Shown: piece after piece, positions 1 through 12,598 of the stretch
Position numbering within the stretch: the stretch's first letter is position 1
Layout of the letters: each line of letters starts with the position of its first letter
Assembly: GCA_020137815.1 (NCBI GenBank)
Contig: CM035361.1
Coordinates: 3,906,001 to 3,970,000, forward strand
Source of the DNA: Hormiphora californensis
Lineage: Eukaryota > Animalia > Ctenophora
Direction: 5' to 3'
DNA: 64,000 bases
Made by a program: the position numbers and the translations under genes
Notes under the pieces: model-generated
What the model was told of the DNA's origin: nothing
Database searches by the model: none
The model's input: only the letters and a program-made list of their open reading frames with translations

Positions 1-746
1 CAGACAAGGTCCGCCCGCCTTTCACGTAGACGTTCGTGCCATACGGGCTGCTATCTAATATTGCATGTGCCATTTACCCCGCCCCCTTCAAATACAAGCT
101 GCCATCTACCCCTTCTAAACCCATTCTAACACACATGGGCAATATAAAAATTGAAGCTTGTGGAGCCACCTAAACACTTTTACCAAGTTTTGATATAGAG
201 TTGGTATGAAATGTGTGTATTGTACAGTATATTGTCGAGAAATAGAGTCCTTACCAATATATTGCCAACGAGTATAAAAGTAAAGTGGATACTAAAAGCT
301 GCTCTCGTTAATATAATACCACCCTGTCAGAGCATATTGGCCTGACAGATACCCAGGCACCAACTGCAGTGGTCATTTCAAGAGTTTTATTATAAAGAAG
401 TTGAGTGCAATTAAAACAAGTCTTTCAACTGTGAAAATTGTGAAATAACATTTTGTAGAGAATTGAAACAAAGCGTTTTTAATATCACTAGGTTAAATAC
501 CTCTCACTATCAGACATTTCTCGGCCTGACAGACCTCACACGAAGCTGATCTGAACACCGCCCTTTACAAAGTCCTGAATAGCGCCCCTTGACAAGTGAT
601 CAAGCACATGTTTAACTCATGTCACCAGCTGCGGGTGTTTATGCGTTCAATATCTTTCTTCCTTGTCATATTAAACACATCTTCCAAATGTGATTTGTTT
701 TAAAACAGGCACTCTCCTTTATTTCTAGTCCTTTATTTCTTGTCCT

Positions 747-1861
747 TTATTTCTTGTCTTTCGTCTTGAAGGGAAATCTTGTTGTGTGATGTGCTTGGGA
801 TACACTCATTTCTAAATCGCCCTGAAAATAAATAAAAATAAAAATTACACTGTCCTCCATTTCTCCTCATTAATCTCGAATGATTAATTGATCAATTAGC
901 CAATTAACATATTGCCAAATAATCAAATATTTACCTGTTCCTTTACAACAAAGTGTTCCAGATTTAGACGGTTTATCTTCTTAGCCAGGGACACAGTCTC
1001 GATACCAGTGTAGTCTGTAGATACAATATTCACAGTCCTGTCACTGCAATAGAGTTGCTATTAATAACCTGGATTCACTTTGGAACAGGGTTCAGTTACG
1101 GCTGATATTTCAGATACATTTTCAGGGAATAGCCAAGAATAACACTAAAATATCTACTCAGGTAAATAGCCATTAGCTGTGACTTTCGAACCTGAGGTTC
1201 AGGCCCAACTGTTTCCCCCAATAGTAACCTGAATCACTTTGAAAACTACGCACAAAACAGATTGTCGCGACAATCTGTTATGTCGTTATATTGTTTTCTC
1301 CGAAAGCCTAGTTCCTGAAAACCTTTGTTTTTTGCAAAGGGTTTATAAATCTTGAGCTTGAACTGCGTTCTCTAAAGTAAGAAGAGGGAAATTACTAGCT
1401 TTTATAGTTTAAGTCATGTCGTTAAAATGATGTATTTCTCAGTCTCGTACTAATTCTCTCCCACTGGGAGGGAAGTATGAAGCACTGCAATGACTCCCAG
1501 TCCCGATTGTAACACGTCTCGCCGTATAAAGTACTTAAACATCCTTCTACTTCAAGTCTCGAGCGATTTCATTCGTCCTCAGAATCATTTATAGGAGTTA
1601 AACTGTTAAATGTTTAATTGGAGCCTCACGTTTCTAAAAAAATGCTTCTTTTAAACTTTCAACTATAAGTTCGCAAATCTGCGAATCGGAATTATAACAC
1701 CGTAGAATAATGTTAATGGAAATACACACAGTCTTAATATCCTATTGTATTGTTCATATTCTCATTTTATTTAGGTGATTCAGTATATGTTGTCCTTGGA
1801 CGACGGAAAGTATATGTAATCGTTCCCTTATTCGATGCTATGTTGCCATGCGTTCTTTCTT

Positions 1862-1911
<50 letters not shown>

Positions 1912-2011
1912 CTCTCTCTCTATCTCTCTCTCTCTCTCTCTTTCCTCTTCTCCTCTCTCCTCTCTCTCTCTCTCTCTACTCTCTCTCTCCTCGCTCTCTC
2001 CTCTCTCTCTC

Positions 2012-2098
<87 letters not shown>

Positions 2099-5000
2099 CT
2101 AAGTTTCCTCTCTTTTGTATACAACAAAGATTACCGTCAACAACAACTTAATTCAGCTATTGTCGTTGCCTATTCATTCTCTTATAGAACCTACATGTTC
2201 CTAAGAAAAGCTGCTGAGTATATAAGTGGCCAAGGCCGGGTATATAATGGCCAAGAATAGCTCAGGGGTAAATAGCTGTGACAGTTTTCCCCTATTACAG
2301 GTTTATTTATTGTGAAGTGTCTGCACTTATTTATATTCAGGCCGATGTTGGCCGCCACCCCCCCCCCCCCCCCCCCCCCCCCGTTTTCCCCTATTAACAA
2401 TCGTGTGATTGTATATAGCAACGAGCTTTCGCCAATATAGGATTCAAGCACAATGCTCCATGGATTTACGAATGTGGAGCTCCATATTTATATAAAATCC
2501 GCAGCGTTTACGAATTCAGTCACATTTCGACAAATTTCCCTAAATTTATATCACTTTTATGCATTGTGAGTTTAGTAACTATAATTTTCGGGGAGAAAAC
2601 TTACTATTTTTGTTGGAGATATTTAGCAAGTTTTATGTTTTCATCCAGGGTATCTTCGCATTCTTCTGCGGCAAGGTCGAAACAGAGGCCTTTCGTCACA
2701 GTCGCAGAATACCAGTCTGAAAGGATCTTGTTATGTTCTAACCCTCCTTTACATTTGTAAAAATACAGTCTAGCTAGGCAAAGGATCAGGTTTTAAATGA
2801 GAGATTACTGATCGCGGAAATATAGTAGTCCCCAAAGGTGCTCGATTTAAAAAAGGGTTTTGTATACAGTTGTATTTATATTTTCAGGCGATATATTAAG
2901 GGTCACCACACACCAACGTTAAAATTAAAATTAAAATTTGACGTTTTTGGTCATAACTCTGCCATTTCTTGGCAAAATTGCTTCATATTGGGCTGGTTGG
3001 AAAGAGGGCATCGAGCCCGTTCTGAAGAGCTCAAGAAACTTAAAATCGGCGCAAAGTGCGCGGCGTTAAGGCGCATAATGTGCGCGTTAAAATTTTAAAA
3101 TTTTAACGCACACATTTTTCACTGTAACGCCGCGCACTTTGCGCGGATTTCAAGTTTCTTGGGCTGTCCAGAACGGGCTCGATGCCCTCTTTTCAACAAG
3201 CCTAAAATGAAGCAATTTTACCAAGAAATGGCAGAGTTATGACCAAAAACGTCAAATTTTAATTTTAATTTTAACGTTGGTGTGTGGTGACCCTAATATT
3301 GCATTCCAGCATATATAGAAAATGACTCCTGTTTTTATCGAACCCCACAATTTGCAATCCTTGATCCTTTACTGTACGGCGGCGCCATACCCCATTTGAT
3401 TCTCAGTGCACTCAGATGGGATCGGCGGCGCCAGACAAATCCTTTATAATTATACCTGACTGTGTTAGAACCCACGGATATTTGGTTAGTGTTTTATTAT
3501 TTGCATCAAAGAACTCTTTAGACCCATCCCCGAAATCACAGGACAGCCCATAGTGATCCTTGGTTTTGTACCACGTCTCAAGATGAACCAGAGGTCGGAC
3601 AAATCTCAACACTTTCCTAAAAATCAACCAATTGGTTAATAATTAGTGAGGTAATTAATCACTGCACTGGCAAGTGCCCCGTGGCCTTAGGAGGGGTCTG
3701 GGGCACAGCCCCCAGCATTAAAAATGCCCCCAGTAATAACAAATCATGACTCTGAAACAATTAAGTCCGGCGCGAGATTAAAGATAATACGAATTGAGTT
3801 TCTCCTTAAATTCTTACTTGGATTTCTTGGTGGAGTGAGTTGCGGCTGCTTTCCATAGATCCCTGTGCAGGTAGAAGAAGATTCTTCTGTCTCCGATTAA
3901 AGCCGTTGCAATTATGGGATCCAGCATGTAGTTTAGACTCCTATAATATATACAGGGTGGGTCAAAATTATAATTCTCTGACAGTGGGGTTTCCATGGTT
4001 TCCATGGTTAACTCTGCTGTCAGAGCATTGGAAACCATGGTTTCCAATGCTCTGACAGCAGAGTTTCCATGGTTTTCTATTTCCATTACCGGAAGCAGAT
4101 TCTACTATTTCTATTGTATCATGGTTCATGGAGATATATTCACAAGCATCAGTATATTGTACTTTGTATCGAGAGAGAACATGTATCATCTCTTTTCATG
4201 TGCATTATTACTGATCCCGCCTGGAGCTATATATAATAGGTGGGCAAATATACACCAAATACACATTACACACCAGTTAAAATTTTCCACGACTGTCCAT
4301 GTCAGGTCATTGGCCTGACGTCCTGACCCTATTATATTCTCATTTCTATTGCGAAAACTGCGGTCAGAGCATTGGAGGAAAACAGTCGTGCCTGAATCTC
4401 AGGTTCAGGTCACGGCTAGCCCTCAGATCTGATATGAGCTAATGTCTCAGGGGTAAATATCCGTGACTTTAACCTGAGATTCAGACACGCCTATTGGCCT
4501 GACAGCTCCGCGATGAGATAATATGTTTGTGGAGTTGTTTTTAAAACTTTAATAATTAGACCACGTGCTAGTAACACGTTACACAATTATCATGTCATAT
4601 TGTCATGTGCTGTCTTGCACTTGGCGGCCACTACAAGATATGAGAGAAATATAATGTCTTTGATCTTCGATCAGTTGTTTATAAAACATATTTTTTAGCA
4701 AGTTAATTATTTTCAGCCGCTTTAATACCAATTTTTAGCCTACATAATACTACCTGCAGTTGATAATTGTTAGGACGTTTGATTATATTTATTAGGTTTC
4801 ATCTTACAGTATAATTGGAGACTGCTGTTGTACATACTACTGTATAAGAATGATGACGTCATGACGTCATGTTATTCTGATGACGTTATATCTCCGTGAA
4901 TATCAAAACTAAAGTTACTTCTTCATTTTCAAGTATGATCCAATTCTCATCGAAGCTCTAATTCTGCCGTCTTGGTCTTCGATCCTGCTTTGTTCCCTAT

Positions 5001-8000
5001 AATTGAGCAATGAGCCAGCCTTTTATTTAACATATCTCTGCATCCCAAGTCACAGTACTGACTGTCACACGCATATTCTTTTGTTCATGCAATTTGCCGA
5101 AACAATGGAGTCATTAATGTACCAAAGGCGATATTTCGTGCGTCGAGGTGATCAGTAATTAACGAAAATATGTCACAATTATTTCGATTCTGATTTTCCC
5201 TATTCAATTCTTGCTCAAATCTCATAATTCAGAGTAAGCAATTGGACATAAAATTGATGGTAAATATCAGGAAACGACCGAACCGGGTTTTTTTCCACCG
5301 AACCGAACCGAACCGAATTTGAAAAACTTTTTTACCGAACCGAACCGAACCGAACCGAACCGAATTTCGGTAACCGAACCGAACCGAACCATACAAAAAT
5401 TTTTCTAAATAAATGTTTCTCTAAAAAGTCATGGAGAGCACCGATCAAGGTATTGAGAATCATTCTCTGAAATTTTGTTAAAAAATGTTTGAAAAAATTT
5501 CAAAGTCAATTTTGTGAAAAAATTTTCAAAGTCAATTTTATCGTAAATTTTCTATGTCAATTTTTGCGTACGAATCGTGTTTCGAATCGGCAATGCTATA
5601 CGGGAATAGTATTGCTAATTAGCAGGATTAAACGAACCATGAATCGTGTCTCTCTAAATTTCCTAATTAGATTTGATGGGGGATCACGTATCAGCACAAT
5701 CCATCTCGGACCCACTAATTACCAACATCACTCCCGTTTAGCATTGTCGATTAGAAACACGATTCGTATACCATAATTTACTTAAAATATTTTTCACAAA
5801 AAAAAATTTTACAAAATTTCAGGTAATGATTCTCAATACCTTGATCGATGCTCTCCATGAATTTTTAGAGAAACATTTAATTTTGTGAAAAAACTTTGTA
5901 AAATATTTCAAAGTCAATTTCGGAAAAAAAATCTATGTCAATTTTGCCGTACGAATCGTGTTGCGAATCGGTGATGCTATGCGGCAGTGCTATCACTAAT
6001 TAGCAGGATTTATTGAAACATGAATCGTTTCCCCTAAACTTCCTAATTAGATTTGATGGGGGATCACGTATCAGCATAATCCATCTCGGACCCACTAATT
6101 AGCAACATCACTCCCGCTTAGCAATACCGATTCGAAACACGATTCGTACGCAAAAATTGACATAGAAAATTTTCCATAAAATTGACTTTGAAATATTTTC
6201 CAAACTTTTTTACAAAATTTCAGAGAATGATTGTTAACACTTTGATCGGTGCTCTCAATGAATTTTTTGAAAAAAAAAGTTTCTGAATTTGTTGACCCTC
6301 TCATGAGGACACGATTCGACGGGAAGTCAGGTATCAAATCAATCCATATCGAACCCGCTAACTAGCGAAATCATTTCCACATAGCACCACCGATTCGAAA
6401 TAGGGTTAATACGGCGAAATTGACATTGAAATCCATACAATTTTCGTGAAATAATTGAAAAATTTTGCATGAAAAAGCCCGATTTCTGGGCATTTTTTGA
6501 CCAAAAAATTCGGTGGTTCGGCCAAAATTTCCTACCGAACCGAACCGAACCGAACCGCCGAAAAAACACCGAATTTCCGAACCGAACCGAACCGAACCGA
6601 ATATTCGGTCGCTTCCTGGTAAATATCAACAAATTTCCCTCTTGACCACTGATTACTATTTGCAGTGGTAAAGAGGGAAATTTATTTGGTATAATTTATG
6701 CCAAATCAATGATTAGCTTTACAATGTAACATAATTATGTTTTCCAATTAATGCATTCTACTCTGATTGCCCTCCGGCCTCCAGTGGCAGCATCAGCTAC
6801 AAATATTAATATTATGTTGCACCTGAGAGATCTGGACAGGACACAATTGTTTGGATATAATTCATATGATTATCTCTCCTGCTCTCTCCTAGTAAAAGTA
6901 ACTATCTCTCCTGCTCTTACCTCACTCCAAGTTGAGTATCAATGTTTTCCAGGATAGATCGAGCCAGCAAAACCTTTTCAGTTTCATCCCCCGTCTTATG
7001 ATCCTTGATTCGTATAACGAACACCTCTTTTTTGTTCTCCTCCGCAAACCTATATATTGGAACATTAATGTGAGACATTATAAGTGCAATAAACCCAACC
7101 TCATGGTAAAATATAATATTATATATTATATATATAATATTATATAATACACCTCGTTTGACCCTCTCTCTTTCTCCGTGAGTGTGAACAAAACAATTAT
7201 ATATGCATTACATTGAGGGCATGTAACTTGTTATGTGCGGGGCGGCCGAAACACAGACTAGCCAGGCAACATGTAACTATATCGAGGGTAAAGCTTTATA
7301 ACTCTATATAATATATGATAGTTATACTCTTTGAAACTCTGTTTTGTCTCTTTCAGAATTAGAGATTGAAAGGTTTTATGCAGTGTAGATCGTCACGCTG
7401 TGTAGAAGCTGTGTTGAAGCTGTAGTGTAGAATGTAGAACGTTGTATGGAACGAATGATTTTGTGCCGCAATGTGTGATATGTATTTCGTGAAAAGAGAC
7501 AACAGCTGCTGTTTGGTTTATTAATGGGAGTGCTTCTTCATATGAATGAGTTCTGACTTTTTAGAATTAAAATTCATGAGTTGAATACATTCACAATTGT
7601 GTTTTCAGCAATATTTTTGACATGTGATATAATGTCACGGTTAAATTTAGTCTTTTATAGAAGCTAACCCCATCGTTATGACGTTGAGAAAGTCTGATAC
7701 CGCTCTATGAGCTGGGACTAAAGGACTGCTTCACCGCTATTATATGATAATAGTAATGATCCTGGGATCTAGCTATGTGAAATGTCTTGGCAATTATATA
7801 ACTCAAGAGATCTACTATAACATAGTAGCTAATGGTAATTAGCTACTAGTGCAGCTGAAGTTCTGCACTGTCAGATCAGCATATATTGGCAGGCATGACA
7901 GGTTCACTTACCGTTTTATAGTTCCCAGCACAGTGCCCAGAGGTTGCCCGTATGCACACAGTACACCATTACAGTGTGCTGTTACTGCACTATCTGCTAA

Positions 8001-10308
8001 CTGCTTTCCTGTTTTATACGCCACATCGAAATCAAATGCTCTTATACCTGCAGGTATATTAGCAGTTAGATAAAATAATAGCATGAATCTGATCACACCC
8101 CGTGCCTGAACAAAGTTTAACCTCGGATGAAAAATGTCCCCTAAGCGGACTTCACTAGGGTATTCAGATAGGTATTTGGAGTGGAAAAATATGATATCAG
8201 GGATAAGGAGGAAAATATCTGGTGAATTCCGGGCTCGAATCTATACAACCAATTTGGGTTTCAAGTCTATTGCCCTGGCAATGAAATAATAGTTTTATGT
8301 AGTTTATCATTTTAAATGTTTGTTGAAAATAGCACCATATCCCTTATAAAAGTTTAAACTGCTAATTAAAACTTAAAACAGAATAATTGCTGTTCTTCCC
8401 TATACATATTGAACATAATATGCTAAGCTATTATGACATATCTTGCAGTCTCTCTATACGATCTAGACAGGACGAGTTAAAAGCAATTTGATCTGAGTAT
8501 ATTGAAATGGCCATGGGCATAATTATGTATATTTTATAATAATACAACTTAATGTAATATGGGAGCATATATAGGTACCACATCCCATCCGTCTGTCGTC
8601 ATGATATTATTGGTGTCATCACATATTGATATAGCACTATCATGATTCACACAAGGGCCATGTGCTTGCTTTGCTTGCTATTATTGTGTCATATGAAACT
8701 TATCTGTTTTCTACACTTGATCTGTACATGATAAATATGCGTTATACACAACTAATTTATGCAATCATATCACTATGAAAGACAACTACTGTCACTAATC
8801 TTCCCCTATAGTTAAAGTAACAATCTCTCTTGCTCTCCCCTAGTTAAAGTAACAATCTCTCCTTTACTAATGTCACAGATATCTATATCAGTGTTATACC
8901 ATTTATAGTTGTTTATAGTCGGCTGCATCCATCACTAGAGCTGTTATACGTGTAATGATATATAACGTGTTCTGAGACTGGTTAAAGATATTATACGCAT
9001 TTATACGGCTATGTACTACAGTCGGACCCCGATTTAGTGGCATCCTCGGGGGAAAAAATCCTGCCACTAAATCGGGGTGCCACTAAATCGGGGTCCGACT
9101 GTACCATATACCTATTATAAAGAACCATTATATTCATTACCATTATATCCATTACCATATTATAATACATACCTATATCAAGTTGTTGCTGAATAGAAAG
9201 CTCCTGGTTGGCGGATCTGCAATCTGGTGATGGGAGGTTGAGGAATCCCAACTTTAACTCTGATTCAATCGCACCACTATTGTGAGAACCTGGAGGAATT
9301 GAGACTCAAGTTATAACGCATTTTACATAACTGAAAAGTCGGTAGTATGGTAGTTAAGGTCGTGCGCACTTTTTGGCGCCATTTGGCGCCAAATTGGCGC
9401 CATTTTGGCGCCACGTGGCGCCACGTGGCGATATTTTAGCGCCAAATGGCGCCAAAATTTGGCGACTGCGCACAACCGCCAATTTGGCGCCAAAATGGCG
9501 CCAAGTTGGCGATTTTTTGGGTAAAAGGGTCATGACCCTAAGTGACCAATTTTTGGCGCCAATTTTCGATTTTTTGGCGCCAAAAACCATTATTGGCGCC
9601 AAATATTATCGCCAATAAAAAATACCGGCGCCAAAACGCGATTTGGCGCCGGTTTTTTTGGCGCCAAAGCTCTTTTTGGCGCCGGCTTTTGGCGGTTCAC
9701 TTGGGTGAACCCTAAAAAATTGGCGCCAATTCTGAAATTGGCGCCACCCATCCTCGACCCTAAGTTTTGGCGCCAACTCTGGCGAAAGTTGGCGCCAACT
9801 GTTGGCGCCAATTTGTTGAATATTTAGGGTCATAGGATGGAAAATTGGCGCCAATTATTAGCGCCAACTTTAAAATTTCGGCTAACTAACCCTTGAGCGC
9901 TAGTTGTTAGCGCCACTTTTTGGCGCCAATTTATTAGCGCCAATTATTGGCGCCAAAAAAACAAAACATTCAGTTTCTGTCTAGCGCCGTGACCCCATCT
10001 GAGCGCACTGTCAGGATCTGTCAGAGCTGTCACAATGTCTGACCCCGAAACTCGTCACACCATCTTTCCAGTTATAACTGGGCCCTTCAAACGTGGAGGA
10101 ATGCCATTTAACATTAGGTACTGGCTGTAATTTAGGTACATTATTGAAAATTAAGATACGGAGTGTCAAGTAACCGATCTTAGGGACAAGAAAGCCTGTT
10201 GGTTGGACCCTGCATGTTAGACGTTAGTCGAACCCCGTTGGCTGTACCTCCGTTGATCTTAATCTCTATCTTTCTCTCTGTCCCTCTCTCTGCCTCTCTG
10301 TCTCTCTT

Positions 10309-10388
<80 letters not shown>

Positions 10389-10401
10389 CCTCTCTCTGTC
10401 C

Positions 10402-10432
<31 letters not shown>

Positions 10433-12598
10433 TGTCTCTCTCTCCCCCTTTCTCTCAGCTCTCTCTCTCTTTTTCTCTCTCTCTCACTCCATCTCTTCAT
10501 CATGTCGGGCTGAAGAATATAAAGGTTGGTAGAGTGGTAGGGATGGTGATAAGGATTGAGGAAGAGGTTCCCTTCAAATATATTGAATCAGGTGATAAAG
10601 ATTCGTAGAACTGGAGCTGTATCGGGGGTACGTATACGTACATGCGTACGTACCTACATATAGGTAGGAAAGCTTTGGCAATCATGGGAACCCCAGTTGT
10701 AGATGGCAGGAACACCCGAACACATAACACGCATCCAACAACATGCACGTGCAGTATTCACGCCGTTGACCTTGCCTACCCGCCATAACAACCACTTGAT
10801 TCGCACGGGCAAAAGTGGTAATTGTTGCACGCTAGTGTTGCACGCTTATAGGTTACTCCATCATCATCACCACTCCAAGCATTTCTACGGACGGCAAATT
10901 ACAAACTTCATGTGGCGCCATAAATTGGCGCCATAAATTGGCGCCAATTTCCATCATTTTGGGCCAATATTTTGTTACGAAAGGGCCACAGGATGAATAA
11001 TTGGCGCCAAAAATTGGCGCTATATATTGGCGCCAACGAGTTTAACTGGCACCGATTTTATTACAAAAGGGTCACATGATGAATAATTGGCGCCAAAAAC
11101 TTAGGGTCAAGGATGGGTGGCGCCAATTTCAGAATTGGCGCCAATTTTTTAGGGTTCACCCAAGTGAACCGCCAAAAGCCGGCGCCAAAAAGAGCTTTGG
11201 CGCCAAAAAAACCGGCGCCAAATCGCGTTTTGGCGCCGGTATTTTTTATTGGCGATAATATTTGGCGCCAATAATGGTTTTTGGCGCCAAAAAATCGAAA
11301 ATTGGCGCCAAAAATTGGTCACTTAGGGTCATGACCCTTTTACCCAACTTGGCGCCATTTTGGCGCCAAATTGGCGGTTGTGCGCAGTCGCCAAATTTTG
11401 GCGCCATTTTGCGCTAAAATATCGCCACGTGGCGCCACGTGGCGCCAAAATGGCGCCAATTTGGCGCCAAATGGCGCCAAAAAGTGCGCACGACCTTAAC
11501 TACCATACTACCGAAAAGTCTTAAACTTTTCAACACTACTTTAAACAAATTAATTTAAGCTGATTATGAGTCCAAAATAAACATTGTTCCATTGTAACAC
11601 TGCATTCACTACCTGGGAATGTGAGTTGAGAGAGTCTTAACCAGCAGGCCCGTCTGTCATCCACACTATTTATTGGTGGACACCTGTAATTAATATTAAA
11701 TTTAAATAATACTATTATAATTACCGACAAAATTTTTTTGATAAAGCTCATGTGTTGCCACGCTTGATATTTTTTTCATCGTTTATAGAAGTTTTGGGAC
11801 AAGCTGAGACAATTGTGGAAAATAGTTTTTACTAAACCTCAGGTCCAGGTAACGGGTTTTCATTGGCCACATTGATGCCTGAGACCCCTGAGGTGTTAGG
11901 GCTCTGCAGTGACGGCTATTCCCTGAGATTTCAGGGAAATTTTCAGGGAATAGCCGAGGAGTAAATCTGAGACTTCATGGGGTCAATAACATGGACCTGA
12001 GGTTCAGTAACGAATGATATAGTAAATCATCCCTGCAGCTACAAGTACAATAATTGCCTCAGTTTTTCTATAAACGCGTCTCATTACTGTATTTCTATTA
12101 CGGTAATCCGACTACAAGCAGCACTGTATGGCATATTGGCATAATATAAGTTGATAGGCGCGCCTATCAACTTATATTATGTCAATATACAGTATCGTAT
12201 GTTGAGACATTATCCGCATTATTTTATTCTATGCAGGCTTAAAAAATGTTTACTCCAGTGTCATAACTTCAATACTTGAGAGGTACATAGTTGGATTAAT
12301 TCAAATTGTTTAAAGCCTGTAATTAAAACTTTAATCTACTTCTTGTTCGATAATCGATGTGTTTTCTTCAATGCTTCAATGCTTCATTCTCGTCAAAATA
12401 CTTAACTTGCCCGTACCCCCTCGATTTACTGCAAATTTCACCCAACTGACAATGATTTGAAAGATTTTCAAAATTTGTAACTTACTTGCCGGTAAGGAGT
12501 GTTGCAAACTTTACGATTGCTTCCGCTAGGTCATTAGAAGACACGGGATTTACAAGAAGAAAGGGCAGGATCAGGAGTATTCGACACAGCCCCACCAT
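747..12598 (-). CDS. Secreted PI-PLC X-domain (PLC-like phosphodiesterase, PLCXD-like) protein, 10 exons, ~381 aa
   Basis: Hand-spliced GT-AG exons, all phase-compatible: 12598-12486, 11683-11613, 9289-9173, 8047-7912, 7049-6921, 3940-3818, 3616-3456, 2716-2605, 1043-935, 821-747 (1146 nt). Signal-peptide-like start MVGLCRILLILPFLLVNPVSS, then LSQLTFPGSHNSGA, NQELSIQQQLDIGIRAFDFDV, TAHC, FAEENKKEVFVI and RTVNIVSTDY, matching the PI-PLC X-box pattern with both catalytic His. The last exon is the least certain. Confidence 0.88.
1085..1222. repeat. Degenerate dispersed repeat family; further copies at ~2250-2293, ~4375-4490, ~11835-12005, ~13875-13992
   Basis: The motifs cagggaatagcc, ctcaggggtaaatagc and aaacagtcgtgcctga recur in both orientations; ends are not resolvable. 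Confidence 0.5.
1866..2095. repeat. (CT)n microsatellite in a PLC intron
   Basis: Seen directly; explains the SL/ER-repeat ORFs here. Confidence 0.95.
2900..3293. mobile_element. Palindromic MITE, PIF/Harbinger-like
   Basis: Ends gggtcaccacacaccaacgtt...aacgttggtgtgtggtgaccc; the whole element is an imperfect palindrome; 3-bp TSD TAA (2897-2899, 3294-3296). Confidence 0.88.
3372..3438. mobile_element. Micro-MITE (67 bp) with 8-bp TSD
   Basis: ctgtacggcggcgcc...ggcgccagacaa flanked by atccttta on both sides; relatives at 53607-53634, 62774-62834 and a fragment at ~9977-10013. Confidence 0.82.
4010..4065. repeat. Perfect 56-bp palindrome, probably a MITE remnant
   Basis: aactctgctgtcagagcattggaaacc-at-ggtttccaatgctctgacagcagagtt, centred on ccatgg. 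Confidence 0.8.
5268..6618. mobile_element. Non-autonomous hAT-like element
   Basis: TIR caggaaacgaccgaa / ttcggtcgcttcctg, 8-bp TSD gtaaatat, subterminal (accga)n arrays, and two internal ~450-bp imperfect palindromes in tandem. Confidence 0.88.
9019..9101. mobile_element. Tc1/mariner (pogo-like) MITE, cagtcggacc family
   Basis: TIR cagtcggaccccgattta / taaatcggggtccgactg; TA TSD. Confidence 0.88.
9340..11513. mobile_element. Foldback-type element with long GGCGCC-rich TIRs
   Basis: Ends cggtagtatggtagttaagg / ccttaactaccatactaccg; arms over 430 bp and near-identical, built of ttggcgccaa units; 6-bp duplication aaaagt; non-coding spacer containing (CT)n. Confidence 0.9.
12134..12187. repeat. 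Near-perfect palindrome centred on ggcgcgcc
   Basis: atattggcataatataagttgataggcg|cgcctatcaacttatattatgtcaatat. Confidence 0.7.

Noticed and set aside
1750-2260. SL/ER-rich ORFs here and at other (CT)/(GA) tracts
   Set aside because: Microsatellite translations.
2850-3455. Apparent reading-frame continuation across two MITE insertion sites
   Set aside because: A donor at 3455 joins in phase to the exon at 2716, so this stretch is intronic.
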